Shown: piece by piece, positions 11,732 to 25,993 of the stretch
How positions within the stretch are numbered: the stretch's first letter is position 1
Layout: each line of letters starts with the position of its first letter
Assembly (NCBI GenBank): GCA_050273025.1
Contig: CP158635.1
Location: 1,116,001 to 1,180,000, forward strand
Reading direction: 5' to 3'
DNA from: Cenococcum geophilum
Lineage: Eukaryota
Length of the DNA stretch: 64,000 nucleotides
The notes under the pieces: model-generated
What the model saw: the letters and a program-made list of their open reading frames with translations, nothing else
What the model was told of the DNA's origin: nothing
The model's database searches: none
Made by a program: the position numbers and the translations under genes

Positions 11732-14700
11732 ACTAAGAAATTCCCCCTACGATATCTCCGCTCCCCTATTATACTATTAATAACTACTAACTATTCCTTA
11801 CATATCTATAAGACGATATAGTATTTTAGCGCGTAGCATTTTATAAAGTGTAGAACCTCTAAAATTACTAAGCCTTACCTCTAGCCTAGGACCTCTTAGA
11901 GTTTAAGGGTGTTCCCTATTAGAGCTATAGCTCTCCACCTAGTATATCCTAGGCATCCCTATTCTAAAACTCCTCCTATTTACTACTCCCTTCTTTTTAC
12001 TCTCTATCCCTAAGCTTACTTTACGCTATATTTAAATATAAAGTATTTCTGCTAACTATTAAGTTAAAATAGCTACCTTTCTACCTCTTTTATAATATCC
12101 CTAGACTAAGTTTCTAAGCCGCTATCTTCTAAAGATCCCCTAGGTTTTAGGCGTGGATATAGGAGAAATATTTTTAGTGCTGTTAGTGCATTTAGGGTTA
12201 ATTCTATATCCTAAAGATGTAATTATTTTTAAGGGACCTTGAATTTTACTACTAGTATTATTATGGCGAGAAGAAATTATCTAAGAGTTATAAAATCTAT
12301 AATAACACCTTTAAAACTTAAAAACCTTTAAATAACTCTAAATTATTATAGGCGGCACTTAGAGTTGCTATAAGGGCATTTTTAAGCAGTTGTATTATCG
12401 CAGAGCTACTTATCCCTAAGCGATTTTAAGGCGATTAAAGTTTTAGATCTTAGGATTTTAAAAAACTACTTAGTCTAAAGGTCGATACCTAGGAGCGTCC
12501 GAAGCCTTAAGGGTCCCTACTATATATCTTAAGTCGCGCATATCTCTATTCCTAGAAACGTGCCTATATAATAGTTCCCTAACTCTATTCTAGTGTAACG
12601 GGACTAGCCTAGTTATAGTAGGAATATCTTGGTAAAACACTTAATAGATAAATTCCGACGCTTTGACCAAATTCTGCTAAATTTTATTAGCTTAATTAAC
12701 TTCTGCCAAATTCTACTAGATTAATTAAATTCTACTAAAGTTTGTTAAAGACTGTGTATATATATATGCACGTATTGACCACTAAGCCCCTAACTATTTA
12801 ATTATATAATTCTCTTATTATTCCCTTCTCTTCTTTATATAACGTCTTATTCTTAGTAAGAGCTATATACCCTTAGATTTAGATAGAATTTATATTATTT
12901 CTTTAAATCTTCCCTAAAGTCTTTCCGCGCCCCTTATATTATATTACGTTAATACTAATACCCTTAAAATAGCAAATAAACTTAAATCCGCTACAATAAC
13001 TATTATAACCCTAGTTAGGGAATAAATAACTATAATATAACAGTCCTTTATAGATGCCTTGGCCTAGTAACAAACTATACTAAAAACTTAGTATTAATAA
13101 TTAATTAAAGTAATACGCAAAGAACTCTATAACGCTAAAGTACTTATATTAGAGACCCTAACAGCAACACCTATAAATAAAATTAAAATAACTATATATA
13201 AACCTAACCTATTAAATACAAACCCTAAACTAGTAATAATAGCTTAACCTATACCTATAATAAACCTAGTACCTACTACAAAATCTAAAAAGCCCCCTAA
13301 CTCTTTAATGTTTAATAGAAATTAAAATAACCTATATCTCTTTATAACTAAGCTTCGTCTTAAACTTTTAATAAACTATAACTAATACCCTACTAAAGCT
13401 AGCAAAATTAGCTATAGAATATCTTATTTAAGTAAAAATACTGTATAAACTATAGACCTATTCTTCCATAACAGCACCTTTATTAATTTTAAAATCTTTA
13501 TCTCTCTACTAAAACAAATATATAATAACGCTAGCCGCAAATATACAGCTATTATTAAACTTAAAAACCTATAATAACGGAACTAAGACTTTACCAGCTT
13601 TTTTTCGGAATTTTAAGCCTTATTAGTAAACTAGATTGGAATAAAGCCGCTAGAGTTACTGCCCTCCATTAAGCTATTTTGGATAAAATTAGAGTATAGT
13701 TAGTAGGCAAAGAACTACTAAAGGACTTACCTAAATTTACTATAATATATTAATAAATTAATAAGGACCTTTAATATAATAAATAGACTTATTCCCTAAA
13801 GCTAACTATACCTTATATTTAAAATTTTACGAAACTAATATATACCTTAAAGCGCGATCCGTCGCTAAGACCTAAAAGCCCTATATATAACCCTATAGAC
13901 CTTAATACTACCTAATTCTATACACCCTTAGAAACTAATAAATAAAGAATATAAGCCGCAAATAAAGAATGCTTTAGATATGGTAAAAAGGGATATATTT
14001 AAAGAAATTATTAAACGTACCTTTTTAAAAAGGTCCGCCGTAGCTCCTCTTAGTCCTTAAGTCATACTTATTTTATAAATTATACTTAGTTATTATAAAG
14101 TATCTCGCCTTTAGTTAACTTAGAAAACGAATTATTCTAGGGCTAAGTTGCGCCTTAAGATAAGAAGTAGAAGAGTATAAGTATTTAAGCTCTTCTAGCG
14201 CTAATATATAATATAACTCCCTTAATATACTTAGCAAAATTTAAATACTTAAAAAATAGAAAGAAGTATAAATTCTTATAGATAGCGGAGCTACTAGTAT
14301 AGGCTTTATTAATATAAACTATATAAAAACTTAACGCTTAAATTTAAAGAAACTTAATAAGCTCTAAGGCCTATAAGGCTTTAATAGCAAGCCTTTAATA
14401 TATAGCGAACTAACGCACTATGCTTTTATAAAGATATAAATAGGCAAATACCTTAAATATATTTCCCTATTTATAACACCCTTAAAGTATTATAAAATAA
14501 TACTTAGATATAGATAGCTAAAACAACATAACCCTTAAATTAGCTAGGTTAAAGAAATACTAAAATTCCGTATAACCTACTGCTAAAGTTATTACTTAAA
14601 ATACTACTTGCCCTATAAACACGTATACGACTATTTAAATTTAATATAATATAAATTGCCCTTACTATAAACCTTAAACTAATATAATAAAGTTATAACT

Positions 14701-15462
14701 GCTAATTACGATAAAGAATGTAAAGACGATATATTAAAACCCCTTAAATTTTATATAGTATAAGCCGTACCCTTTTATTTATTAGTAAGAAAATAAAACT
14801 ATAAGATCTTTACTATAATACTAGAAGATATTAAAAAGGCGTTGGAACTAAAGCAATATATTAACCCCCAACCTCTTATACCTAAAGAATATTATAATCT
14901 AATTAATATATTTAAGAAATAATTCGTAAACTAACTACCCCTATATTAAAATAAGTATAATTTTAAGATAGAACTTAAACCTAGTATAACGCTAAAGTTT
15001 AGCCCATTATACGGTATGTTATAAGAAGAGCTACTTATAATATAATAATACCTTAAAAAGCACCTAGAGAAAGAATTTATTCGCCCTGGTTAATTACTAT
15101 TTATTTTACCTATACTATTTATTAAGAAACCTAAAGAAGGCTTAAGGTTCTATATTAATTATTAAGCCCTAAATACAATTACGATTTAAAACTAATATCC
15201 GATTTCTTTACTTTAAGAAACGCTTAACTATTTAGCGAAAGTATAATACTTTATAAAGCTTAACGTAGTTACTACCTTTAATTAAATCCGTGTTTATAAA
15301 GGAGATAAAAAGTATATAGCTTTCTATACGTGATAGGGACTTTTTAAATATCTAGTAATACTATTTAGTATAAAAAACGGTCCTAGTACGTTTTAATAAT
15401 ATATTAATAATACGCTTCACGAATTCCTTAATATGTTTATTACCGCGTATATTAATAATATC

Positions 15463-18400
15463 TGTTCGTACTAACTTAATAGTATAAGTGAGTTATACCC
15501 CGGGGCACGAAATACGTATAGTATTGTATACTCTTTAGGATAGTGGTAACTGTTAATTATATAAAGCAGACTACGTGGTCTATATACTAATGCGCCTCCC
15601 CCTTAATTAGTTAGTGCTTTATAAGTGCACTAGACGCGTAAGTAAGTAGTCGGTGCACTAAACGCGTAAATGCGTACCTAGTGTACCGAACGCGTAAGCA
15701 CGCAGTTAGTATAATAGGTGCTGTAATTATACACTAGCGGTACTTAAAAAATGAAACCACCTATATACAGCCTCCGTAATTGCTTTAATAAAACCATAAA
15801 ATATAAAGGAAAATATATAGGAAATCTCCCCCAAGGTGCCGTCTAGGCTACCTTCTAAATTATACTTCAAGCTAGTCGTAAGTCCTACTTACGGTCCGTA
15901 AAATAAACCATACGGTCTTTCGACGGGTAGTAGACAAGCCATAAGTTAGATCTTAAGGGCCGCTAAGACGCTAGTGCTAAGCAAGCTAATGGCGATTTTC
16001 CATCCCGGGGATAGAAAATCGTAATTAGTTAATTTAACTACCGTGGCAGAATAATAGGCCGTATAAGCCGTACGGCCTTTTAACGGGCCGTAGAGGTACC
16101 GTAGGTGCTCCGTTAGTCTTATTTTACCTATTCCATAACTTCTAGGTTAAGCTTATTTGTGTTAATTAGGGTTTTAAGGGCTTAATACGGCTTTACCTTA
16201 GTTATGGCGTCTACTAGGTTATTTCCGCCGCTAATCTATTTAACCTCTGTAATCTCGCGTTGTTTATAGGCCTAACGTAAGCACATTAGGTTAACCATAA
16301 GCCTCTTCTCTTATATTATACCTAGTTTAACTAGGCAGTTATAGAGGGACTTTAAATCGGTGTATAAAACTAGGGGTAACTGCTCTAGTTGTAGAATCTT
16401 CTGGACCGTTAATTTAATTGCGGCTACTATATTAAATCCATAAGCTAGTGTATATAGTTTAGAAGCTAGTACACTGCGGGTTACTTATTTATATTTAATT
16501 AAAGACTAGTATAGGATATTTGCGTCCTAATTACGGTCTATAAGTACAAGTATAAAGCCGATTTGTAATAATAGGTCCCTATTATTAGCAAAGGAGGCAT
16601 CCGTAAATGCTAGTAAGCTAAGGGAACTTAGGTCCAGTGGTATAAAAGTAAGTCCCCTTACTGCATTATCAATTTGCCACTAAATGCGCTTATTAAGCTG
16701 CTTAATATTTTCTTTTTATGGATTTACTGCCTAGGTCGCAAAGGATAAGTTATAGGCAGATTTAGGTTAACAGACTATAGCAATATAGGCGCCTCTTACA
16801 CGCTATGCAGCGTATTAGTCCTTTATATTTACGGTCTTATAGGTCTTTCCGTAGGAACTAGTAAGGTCCGTAGGCTTTACTATAATAGGCTTTAGGTTTT
16901 AAGTTTGGCGTTCCTAAGTTAGCTTAATTAGGTTACCCTTTTATGTAATTAAGCCTCCGTTAAACTTAATTAGAGTTTACTTAGTTAACTACTCTCGCGG
17001 CTTTACTAAGAACTTTGCCTTTTATAGTTTAGTTTCTTTAGCGTCCGCAAAGGTTTAGTCTGCTAAGAAGAGGGTATTATTAGTTTAGAGTCTAATAATA
17101 CTAAGGCCGTTTAATTAGGTGTATAGAAGGCAGGGGTTGTAGGTTAACTATTCTGTTTTAACTTTACTAACGTGGTGCTGGTAATATATCTTAAACCAAT
17201 GGTTTCTAGCTTTCGGTACTCTGTAGAGAGGTTTTATAACCCATAAAATTATTCCCAGTTATAGGTTAAGCTTATAAGGTAGTCGTATAAAGATATCCCT
17301 ACTTAGGTAGATATTAGACTATATATAGGCTTATAAGATATCCCATAAGTATAGGGCTACGGGCTTAGTTTGCTATAGTCTAGGCGTAAGCGCAAGTATA
17401 ATCCGTTAACTAACTCGTTAAATTATAAGCAATTGCATAAAGACTAGGTTCTTTCCCTAGTCGTTATAAGCTTATACGATAAGCCTTAATTTCTTAAAGG
17501 CTTTATTAGTACTAGGGTGCTTAATCTTGTTAATAAAGCGTAAGTTAAATATACAGACGCCTTGCGGAATGTCTCTCTCTATTATAACCGCAAAGGCGCC
17601 CTTTTTAAGTAGTCCGTTAATCTCTTTACGTCGTAAGTCCGTAAAAGGGGTTTCCTATACTAGAACTAATATATCTATAGGCGGAGATTGCCTTACGGAT
17701 ATACCTACAAAGGTTAAGTAATTCTCCATTATAGGGTTCTTATGGAGGCGTCCTCGGCTACACTTTATAGCAGGTTTAATAGGTTTAGTAGGTTTCTAGA
17801 GGACCTCTAGGGTAGGCAAGGGTGCTTTTAGTTTATCTAATTCGGCGGGTGCTTCTAGTTTATCTAATTTGGTAGGTGCTTCTGGTTCGTCTAGCTTAAC
17901 ATTATAGGTGTTTTTAGGCCGAAAGTAGGGTTTTACGGACGTGCTTCTAAAGCTAGTTGGCCCGCTAGGAAGCTATATACAGCATATCTCGTTTTTTACG
18001 GCCAGTAGACAATAGGGTCCATTCTAGCTGCCGCTTTTACGCTATATAAGGACTTTAGAGTTAAGCGGGAGGTTGTATACTAAGGTTATATTAGGTCCGT
18101 TACAGTAGTATAGGGCGTTATTAACAGTTTATTTGGCCTGTAATTTAACTATTTCAGCTATTGCCTTCCGTATTATAGCTGCTCGTTTTATAATAGACGG
18201 GGTAGGAGGGGCCTAGGTTACTTATCCTTAGGTAGGCTCTATAAACTAAAAGGGTGGGTACTAGTCTGTCAGGGCCAGCGGTGTTGCTAATAGCTTTTAC
18301 GGCCATCTATAAAGCTAGTTCCTTTTAAATGTCCTTATACTTATCTATAATAATCTAATAGGCTCTCCGTAGAGCTAGGTAAGCTCGCTTAATAAGCCTA

Positions 18401-21400
18401 ATAGACTAATACACCTTAACTAGAACAGCTTTTGTTAGTGTGGCTATAGCCGTAATATACTACTAGAATTCCTTACTAATAAAGTTCCTACTAGCGTTAT
18501 AGGTAATATACTTAGGAGGTCCAACGTATGTGTTAATCTAGCAGGTCCGTAAAATGTCCTAAGTATATTTTATGGATATATTTTGCAACTAACGGGCGGC
18601 TTAATAGCGGGTTACCTTATTAATTATATATAATACTGGGCTGCCGTTAATATATATAATATCTACGTACACTAAGTGGTTAAAATTAAGATCTTTATAA
18701 AGAGTAAACTTAAATCGGCCTAGGGAACGTCCGTATTTCTAGTAAAAGAAGCAATATTTAGTTAGGTGGTTAACTGCCTTTTTATTAACGTCGTCATGTC
18801 CAGAGCGTTTAAGGACTCTATACAGCTTTTCGGCTAACGGGTGGCCGAAACGGTAGTATAGGTAGTGGATTTCCGTACTAGTAAGGTAGCACGGGTTATA
18901 GTTAAAAGATTCCTAAATGTAGGTCTGTAAAGTCTCTCTCTATATAAGAAACGGGTGTCTAAATTATTATATAATTAGTAAAGTAATATACTTACTTCCT
19001 AGGGTAGTTATAGGGCTAATTAGAGTGTCCGTAACATTATTATAGTATACCTATAACCTATCTATATCTGTAAGACAGAGTAGGAAGGGGTATCCACTTT
19101 TACTATGTGGAAGTTAACTAGGCTAATTGGAGTCTTAACTTTAACTAATCTAATTAATATAGTTAAGCCGATGCCGAATTAGACGTTTACGGCCCCAGTT
19201 TGCGTAATATTAATGTCCATATTATTATTTATAGTAGTCCTATATGCGAGGTATTGTCCGTAACCTGTAGTAGACTTCTTAGAGGCACCTATATCAATTA
19301 TAACGCCATAGAATTCTTTAGGGGTGTAGCGTTCTATGGTAATATATACAAATAGGTCCTATTTATGGTCCGTAACGTCCATAACGGGTCTAATAGGTGT
19401 GCTTACGGGCCAGTTTTTAGGTGCAATTAAGTATGTAAAGGAGCGGTCAGCTAATACGGTCGTAATATTAAAGGCTTAGCTGTCTATAAAAGGTCTAAAA
19501 GTAGTTAAGAACGTTTCTAAGGTCTCCTATTCCTAAGTATTTGAGTTAAAGTTAATTATAAGGGCTTCCATTAACTCGTTAAGAGACTCTTCTACTTCCT
19601 CTCCTTTATAGTCTAAGATAAACTAGTTAATCCGTCTATTAAATCTCTTCTTAGACTTATCGCGTTCTTCCTAGGTATACCTTATAGACTAATATCCTTC
19701 CTTGCCGCATATAAAGCACTTCTAGCTGGTCCGTCTATAAGGGTATACTTTTATACAGGAGTTATAGGTGGGGTTACAGGTGGGGCCTGGTCGATGCGGG
19801 TGCTGCTAGTAGTAGCGGCGGTCCATAAAGTAGGCATCTAAGTTAGTTTACGGATTTTGTAGGTCCGTAATAAAGGCTTAAGTACTACCTAGCGGGTTTG
19901 TAAGCTTTGCAGTGTGTGGGAATTAAACGAGCAACTTGATTGTAAATCTATGGAAATCAGGTGAACTATATACACAAATGTAGAGTCTTGACCGTAGGGT
20001 CTATGACTTGATCTATGACTTATTTGAGCCATATACGAGGTATGCGAGATATACGAGGGTAGTGCCAATGCTGTCTTGGAGCCTTCCAGGCTACAGCCTT
20101 GTGTCTCGGCACAGCACCGGTAGTCGGTTACAGGGTTTAAGGCTTCGTACGTTGTAATAGAGGACCATAAATCGTTAATAAGGCTAACTATAGTGTCTGC
20201 GGGCTTACAATAGGCGTATTTACAGGGTTCTATTTCCTGGTAAGCCGTAATAAGTTTATTATACAGGAAGTCGTCCGTTTGAAGTTTAATATTAAGGCTA
20301 TACTATAGGTGGTGGAGGTTTTTAATAAGGATTTGCAGGTACTCTATAGTTAATTTTTTAGTATCCTTATCTATTACGGTCCGCAACTTAGTCGCATTCC
20401 ATTGGGTAAGGATATTATACTTATATTCCGGTTCTTTAAAGTAGTTACGTGTGGCTTTATATAGCTTATTAAAGGGAACACCAAGGGGGTTACTCTTAAG
20501 GTTGGTATAGTTGTAGTTAAGTACTAGGCCGTGTAGTATAGTAGAGTAGGCTTAGCTAAACTCCTATTTAGAAATATTAGCCTTTTAACAGAGGTCCGTA
20601 AAGATGGTTAGTTTAAAGTTAAAATTATTATTTTTACCGCTGTATTTAGACTTATCGGTATAGAGCTTAGCCAGGTTAGCTAGCTCCTTGCTATAGGTCT
20701 TTAGTTAAGTAGGTTATAGATCTATAACTTACGGATCTATGGTTTATAGATCTGTAGCTTGCGGATATATAGCTTATAGATCTGTGACTTAAATAACGGA
20801 AGGGGTTTAGTCCGTAATTTAATTTATAGGGGTATTACAGTCTGTAACTTAAGTACTAGGTATACTTTAGCCCGCAAAATCAATTCTAAGATCGCTTAGG
20901 TTTGTAGGACGAATTTAGTAAAATAGGTTAGGTATAAGGCCAGCGATTATATTAAGTTTGGAAGAAGCAAAGAGTTCCTTAGTTTCTTAGAACTGGTCTA
21001 GGATTTCCTCTTTAGTCCATTCCATTTAGTCCTTCTTATGTATTATATTGTATAAGGACTACGCAATAGTGACTTATTTATTCCTTTTAACCCATACACC
21101 TTAGTTATGTAAGAGGGTCCGTAGGTTATAGATAGTAGTAAGGTTATATGCTTTAAAGATAGCTTCCGTAAAGTCTACGAAGTCTTCCTAGTATTACTCC
21201 TATAGGTCGACGTTTATAAGTTTAAAATATTCATATTTAAGAACTTTAAATTTAATGTAGTTGTTAACATCAGGTATGGACGTGAGGTTGGCTCCCTACC
21301 TCTACTTTTCCTAGCCTTTATCGACTTGCTTCCTTAGGTCTGCTATACTATATAGTATAGTATAGTACGTAGTGGGTAGAAGAGGTCTTATAGTGGTCCG

Positions 21401-22142
21401 TAAAGGCGGTTAATGTCCGTAATAGTTTATAAAAGGGTAAGGGGTTTCCGTAAGGTCTTATAACGGTCCGTAGAGGTAATTAATAGGTCTGTAGTAGTTC
21501 GCAGAGGGGTAAAATGTCTCCGTAATGGTCCGTAAAGGTAATTAACAAGTCCGTAACAGTTTGTAAAAGGGTGGAAGGTCTCTATAAGGGGTCTAAAAAA
21601 ACATCAGAGGTATTAAAAGAGGGTGTAGTAGGAATAGGGGTTTAAGGTTTAAGGGTAGGGGGTTCCGTATAGGTCTGTATTCGCGTCTATTATACTTTTA
21701 GTAAACCGTACTAAGACTTAAATAAGTATATAGAGTTGGTAATAAGTACGTAATCCCTAACTTCTAACCTTTTAGTAGGTCGTACTAGGAGTCTAAACAG
21801 GTGGTTGCTGTTAAGTATTGCTTAGGGGGAGGTATCGAGTGATTACTAATCTGTACGCGCTCACTAATTAGTATTTATACTAACTTAATAGCACGAGTAA
21901 GTTATATCCCGGGGCACGAAATACGTATAGTATTATATGCTCTTTAGGATAGTGGTGACTGTTAATTATATAAAGCAGACTACGTGGTCTATATACTGAT
22001 GCGCCTCCCCCTTAATTAGTTAGTGCTTTATAAGTGCACCAGACGCGTAAGCAAGTAGTTGGTGTACTAAACGCGTAAACACGTACCTGGTGTACTAAAC
22101 GCGTAAGCACGCAGTCGGTATAATAGGTGCTGTAATTATACA
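15463..22142 (-). mobile_element. Ty1/Copia element, family 1 copy a, full length, RIP'd
   Basis: 271-bp LTRs at 15463-15733 and 21872-22142; TSD ATATC. Minus-strand RT motifs DISQAYMQS and KPLYGVPEAGNHWF; PR IDIGAS; knuckle CFICGKEG. Confidence 0.95.
19899..20132. mobile_element. Solo LTR (234 bp) of an unrelated family, inserted in Copia-1a gag
   Basis: TGTAA...TTACA termini and TSD GGGTT. The equivalent site in Copia-1b (~51265) is empty. Confidence 0.9.
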
Positions 22143-23957
22143 ATATCTTAATCTATTTATTTTTACTTTTTAAGTATTAGAAACACGTCTAAATAGTTCT
22201 TAAACGCCTATAAGACGCGGGCTTATAATGTAATATTAAGAAATATAAGTTCTATACGTTTAAAGTTATATACTTAGGCTTAATTATATCCCGTAATGAA
22301 ATTAAAATAAACCCTAAGAAAATCGCTGTAATTATAAACTAGGAAAGTCCTAGTAGTGTATAAGATATTTAAGGATTTCTAAAATTCGCAAATTTCTACC
22401 ATTAATTTATTAATCACTTTTTAAAAATTATTTAGCTATTAGTAAACTTAATAAGGAAGAATATAAGATTTAAATAGACTACTAAATATAAATAAGCTTT
22501 TAACGACCTAAAATATTATTTTTATAACTACTTTAATTCTTACCCACTTTAATCCGGACCTTAAATGTATTATTAAAACAGACTTATCTAATTATGTACT
22601 AAAAGGAGTATTATTGCAATATAATAAAAACGGCGAGCTGCGCTTAGTAGCCTTTCTCTCCTAGAAACTTACCCCCGCTAAATTAAACTATAAGATATAT
22701 AATAAGGAACTACTTATAATTATTAGATGCTTTAAATAATAGCGTCCAAAACTTAAAGGATTATTATTTCTAATACGCGTATTAATAGACTATAAAACCT
22801 ATAGTACTTTATAACTATAAAGCAATTAACGCAGCGCCAAATTCGTTAGGCCAAATACCTCTTATAATTTAACTTTAAGATTACGTACCGACCTAGCAAA
22901 CTTAATTAGAAGCCTAACTTATTAATATAACGATTATAAAACTTACCTATTAACGCCTCTAACGAATGGATTATAAATTAATTATAAATTCTACTACCCC
23001 CTAAACACTTTAAGAAACTACGTCTTATATTTTTAGATATGGAGCTTAATAGAAATAAATTGGAAATTAATAAGTAGGATATAAAAATTAATAAATTAAT
23101 AAAGCACAAATATAAGAATAACCCCTAAATAGTAAATATAATAAAAGCAATTTAAATAGGCAAACGGCAATATAAGGATATTATACTCACTAAATATAAA
23201 ATCCGTAATAATCGGTTATACTATTAATAAAAGATAGTAGTTCTAAATTCCGAACCCTTATAATTTAAAATACTTAAATTTATACACGCTTCCCCTATAG
23301 TAGGGTACCCTAGCTATATAAAGACCTATAAGATTATCTAATAAGTATATTACTGGCCTATAATATATAACTATATATAAAAATATGTTTAAGTATATAA
23401 AATATGCATGCGTAGGAAAACCTCTTATATAAAGAAGTAAGGAGTATTTTAACTATTGCCAATTCTAATATAAAGATAGTAAGATATCTTAATTAACTTT
23501 ATAGTTAACCTGCCTAATAGTAATAGGTTTATAAATATTATAGTAATTATTAACCATTTTATAAAAATGCGATATATGATTCCTATAGACTTAATTAATG
23601 CAATATTAGTAGCCGAATATTTTATTAAGTATGTTTTTAAGCTATACGGACTTCCTAATTTGATAATATCTAACCGTGGAAGCTAGTTCGGTTTAGACTT
23701 CTAGTAAGCCCTATATAAACAATTAAGTATATAAATATAACTCTTAACTATATTTTATCCGGAAATAAATAGCTAAACTAAAATTGTAAACGCGATTATG
23801 GAATAATACCTATCCCTTCGACCGCTGAGTTGGGTCCAACGTTATTGATAAGGATCTAGCCAATCAGAGACTCTTGTTTGAGCTTCTGTGATGAGAACTG
23901 CAACGACCGTGAGGTTATTTAAATATATTATTTCCGTGTATATATCTATCTATAGAG

Positions 23958-25937
23958 CTAGTCCTTAGTGTTCAGCTTATTGTAGTGCGACGCCTAGTAC
24001 TCGCCGGTGCTGCAGAACGGAATCTCGCACGTAGAATAGCCAAATAGAGTCCTCGGAGCCCTCCTTCGGCGCTTCCAATCCTTGCTGTATATAGATTTCC
24101 TTGTGGTGTTAATTGAGAGGTCCGCCAGCGGCTTCCTGGCCCCTCTATACGCCTTTTCCTTTGTAGACTTCCGGCCAGCCTTAATGCAAGCGGAGTAGTT
24201 CTTTGGCTTCGTCCATAGCTTTATTAGGTTATGCTCCTCCAGAGGCTTCTAGGTGACGTCATCTATCTGCTTCCTGCCCGCCTGCGGCTCTCGTGTTATT
24301 ATAAGCTGGTTGGAGGCCTTAAGAAGGGCATGGCGGAGGGCACGACGGAATGCGGCATGGCTATTAGCGCGTAGATAGCTAGCAGCAGCGTTATAAGAGG
24401 AGAGTTTATAGCAGTTGCCGATAATAGTATCAAAGAGAAAGTGGAATAGCGGTTTCCAGGTCTTTAGATGGATTCTCTGGGTGGTATAGTAGGACCTAAG
24501 CTGATTGGCTACGTCAACACCACACATATAAAGATTGTACTGGTTTATGAACTCCGGAATATCCATTTCTTTAACCGGTAGGTCGCCGAAGGGCTTGCGC
24601 TTAATAGCCGCGTTGGTAGAGGTCTTCGCAGGTCGCCTGCGGCGCCGAAGGACGTAGGATTGACCTAGCGATGTATGACGTCAGCGGCAGAGAATGCTCG
24701 GTGTTGAAGACGTCTACTTACCATTGTGGACTGTAGACATAAAAAGAACAATCTGAGCGTCTGCCTAGGCAAACTCCATAACCGTACGATCTTTAGAAAG
24801 CTTAGCGTATAGCGTACCCCACGGAATCTGGGCAGTATGTACTAATTTAAGGTCGGTAAGTAATGGAGAGAATCCCTCTGCCGGCACCTTCTTTTTGCGC
24901 TTCTTTCTACCCTTCTGTTCTTCCACAATATTAGCCTCCTGCTCGCCATCCTCCTCCCGCTTTGTTTTTGTAGTTCGTACGGTTCCTGCTGCCCCAATGC
25001 TTAGGCCACGAAGCCGTTCAAAGAGCTTAATGCTATAGAACAGATTATCAAGCCAAACAATATGCTTGCCGGGCGGGTAGAGGACAGCATTTGTCTGAGG
25101 GTCTCGCTGTGTAAGTAGGTTAAGGACAACGGCCTAAGTTTTAGTAAAGCCCTCCTCCTTTGTAAATACCGTGTTAAGATCTACCGGGCCCTTATTATCT
25201 CCCTTTGCATGCTACATCCAATCCAGTACGTAGCCCTGATTAGCCAACACCCAGATCTTAAAGCCCTCAGGCGTAGGCTTTGTAGGTATATTTATAATCT
25301 CGGGTGCGCGTCCCATAAAGCGTTTAATAGTCTTATTAACAGCTAGGTGGGCGCTAGGACTATAATATTTCCGGCAGAGCAATCTTAGGTGCTTAGAGAG
25401 GGCGTCTACGCGGTCGAATGTAGCCTCGTAGGCACTGCGAGATGGCGATAGGCGAATGTAGCGGTCCAGCTGCTTATACCGATTTTTGCTGATGTATCTC
25501 TTTACAATATGCTCAACACCATGGTCCTCTAGGCTGCCCCAGTAGCACTTAAGGCGCGGCTCTACAACCAGGCCTGTATGCAACACCACGCCGAAATACG
25601 CGTATAGCTCCTCTCTTGATGTTGGCTGCCATGGCCGCTGCCGCCCGCGCGCTGTTTGAGTAGGCTGGTGTTGCTCTGCGTACGCGTTTGTCCACGCCGT
25701 AATGTTGTCCATTATCTCGTCGGTAAAGAACAGCCGGAAGAGGGCTAGAGGATCGCTATTATCGACATTAGGAGGGAGGTTAGGCGCTCCTTAGAGCTGG
25801 AAGTCGTTAATCTGTAGTGGTTCGAAGACAGGTAGAATCCAAGGCTCGGGCGCAGGCTGCTTAGCTTTTTTCCCGGGAGGAACGGTGTACTAAGTCGGGC
25901 GCACGAGATTAATATCATTTGAGAATGCTTGCGGCAT
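23958..25937 (-). pseudogene. piggyBac transposase (PGBD/DDE_Tnp_1_7-like) with C-terminal Cys-rich domain, lightly RIP'd, probable intron ~24665-24722
   Basis: MPQAFS...FRLFFTDEIMDNITAWTNAYA; LAV(D>N)(E>K)T; PTKPTPEGFKIWVLA; WLDNLF; YNLYMCGVDVA(D>N)QLRSYY; W.PLFHFLFD; terminal CxxC...CEIPFC. A few TAG/TAA stops. Confidence 0.9.
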
Positions 25938-25993
25938 TATAGGTACGTGGATTGCTATATAAAATTGGTTGTGTTTACATGTACTTCTATGTA

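Noticed and set aside
11732..12593. Segment between Gypsy A and B as a defined element
   Set aside because: It is RIP'd, so once repetitive, but no termini, TSD or domain could be assigned.
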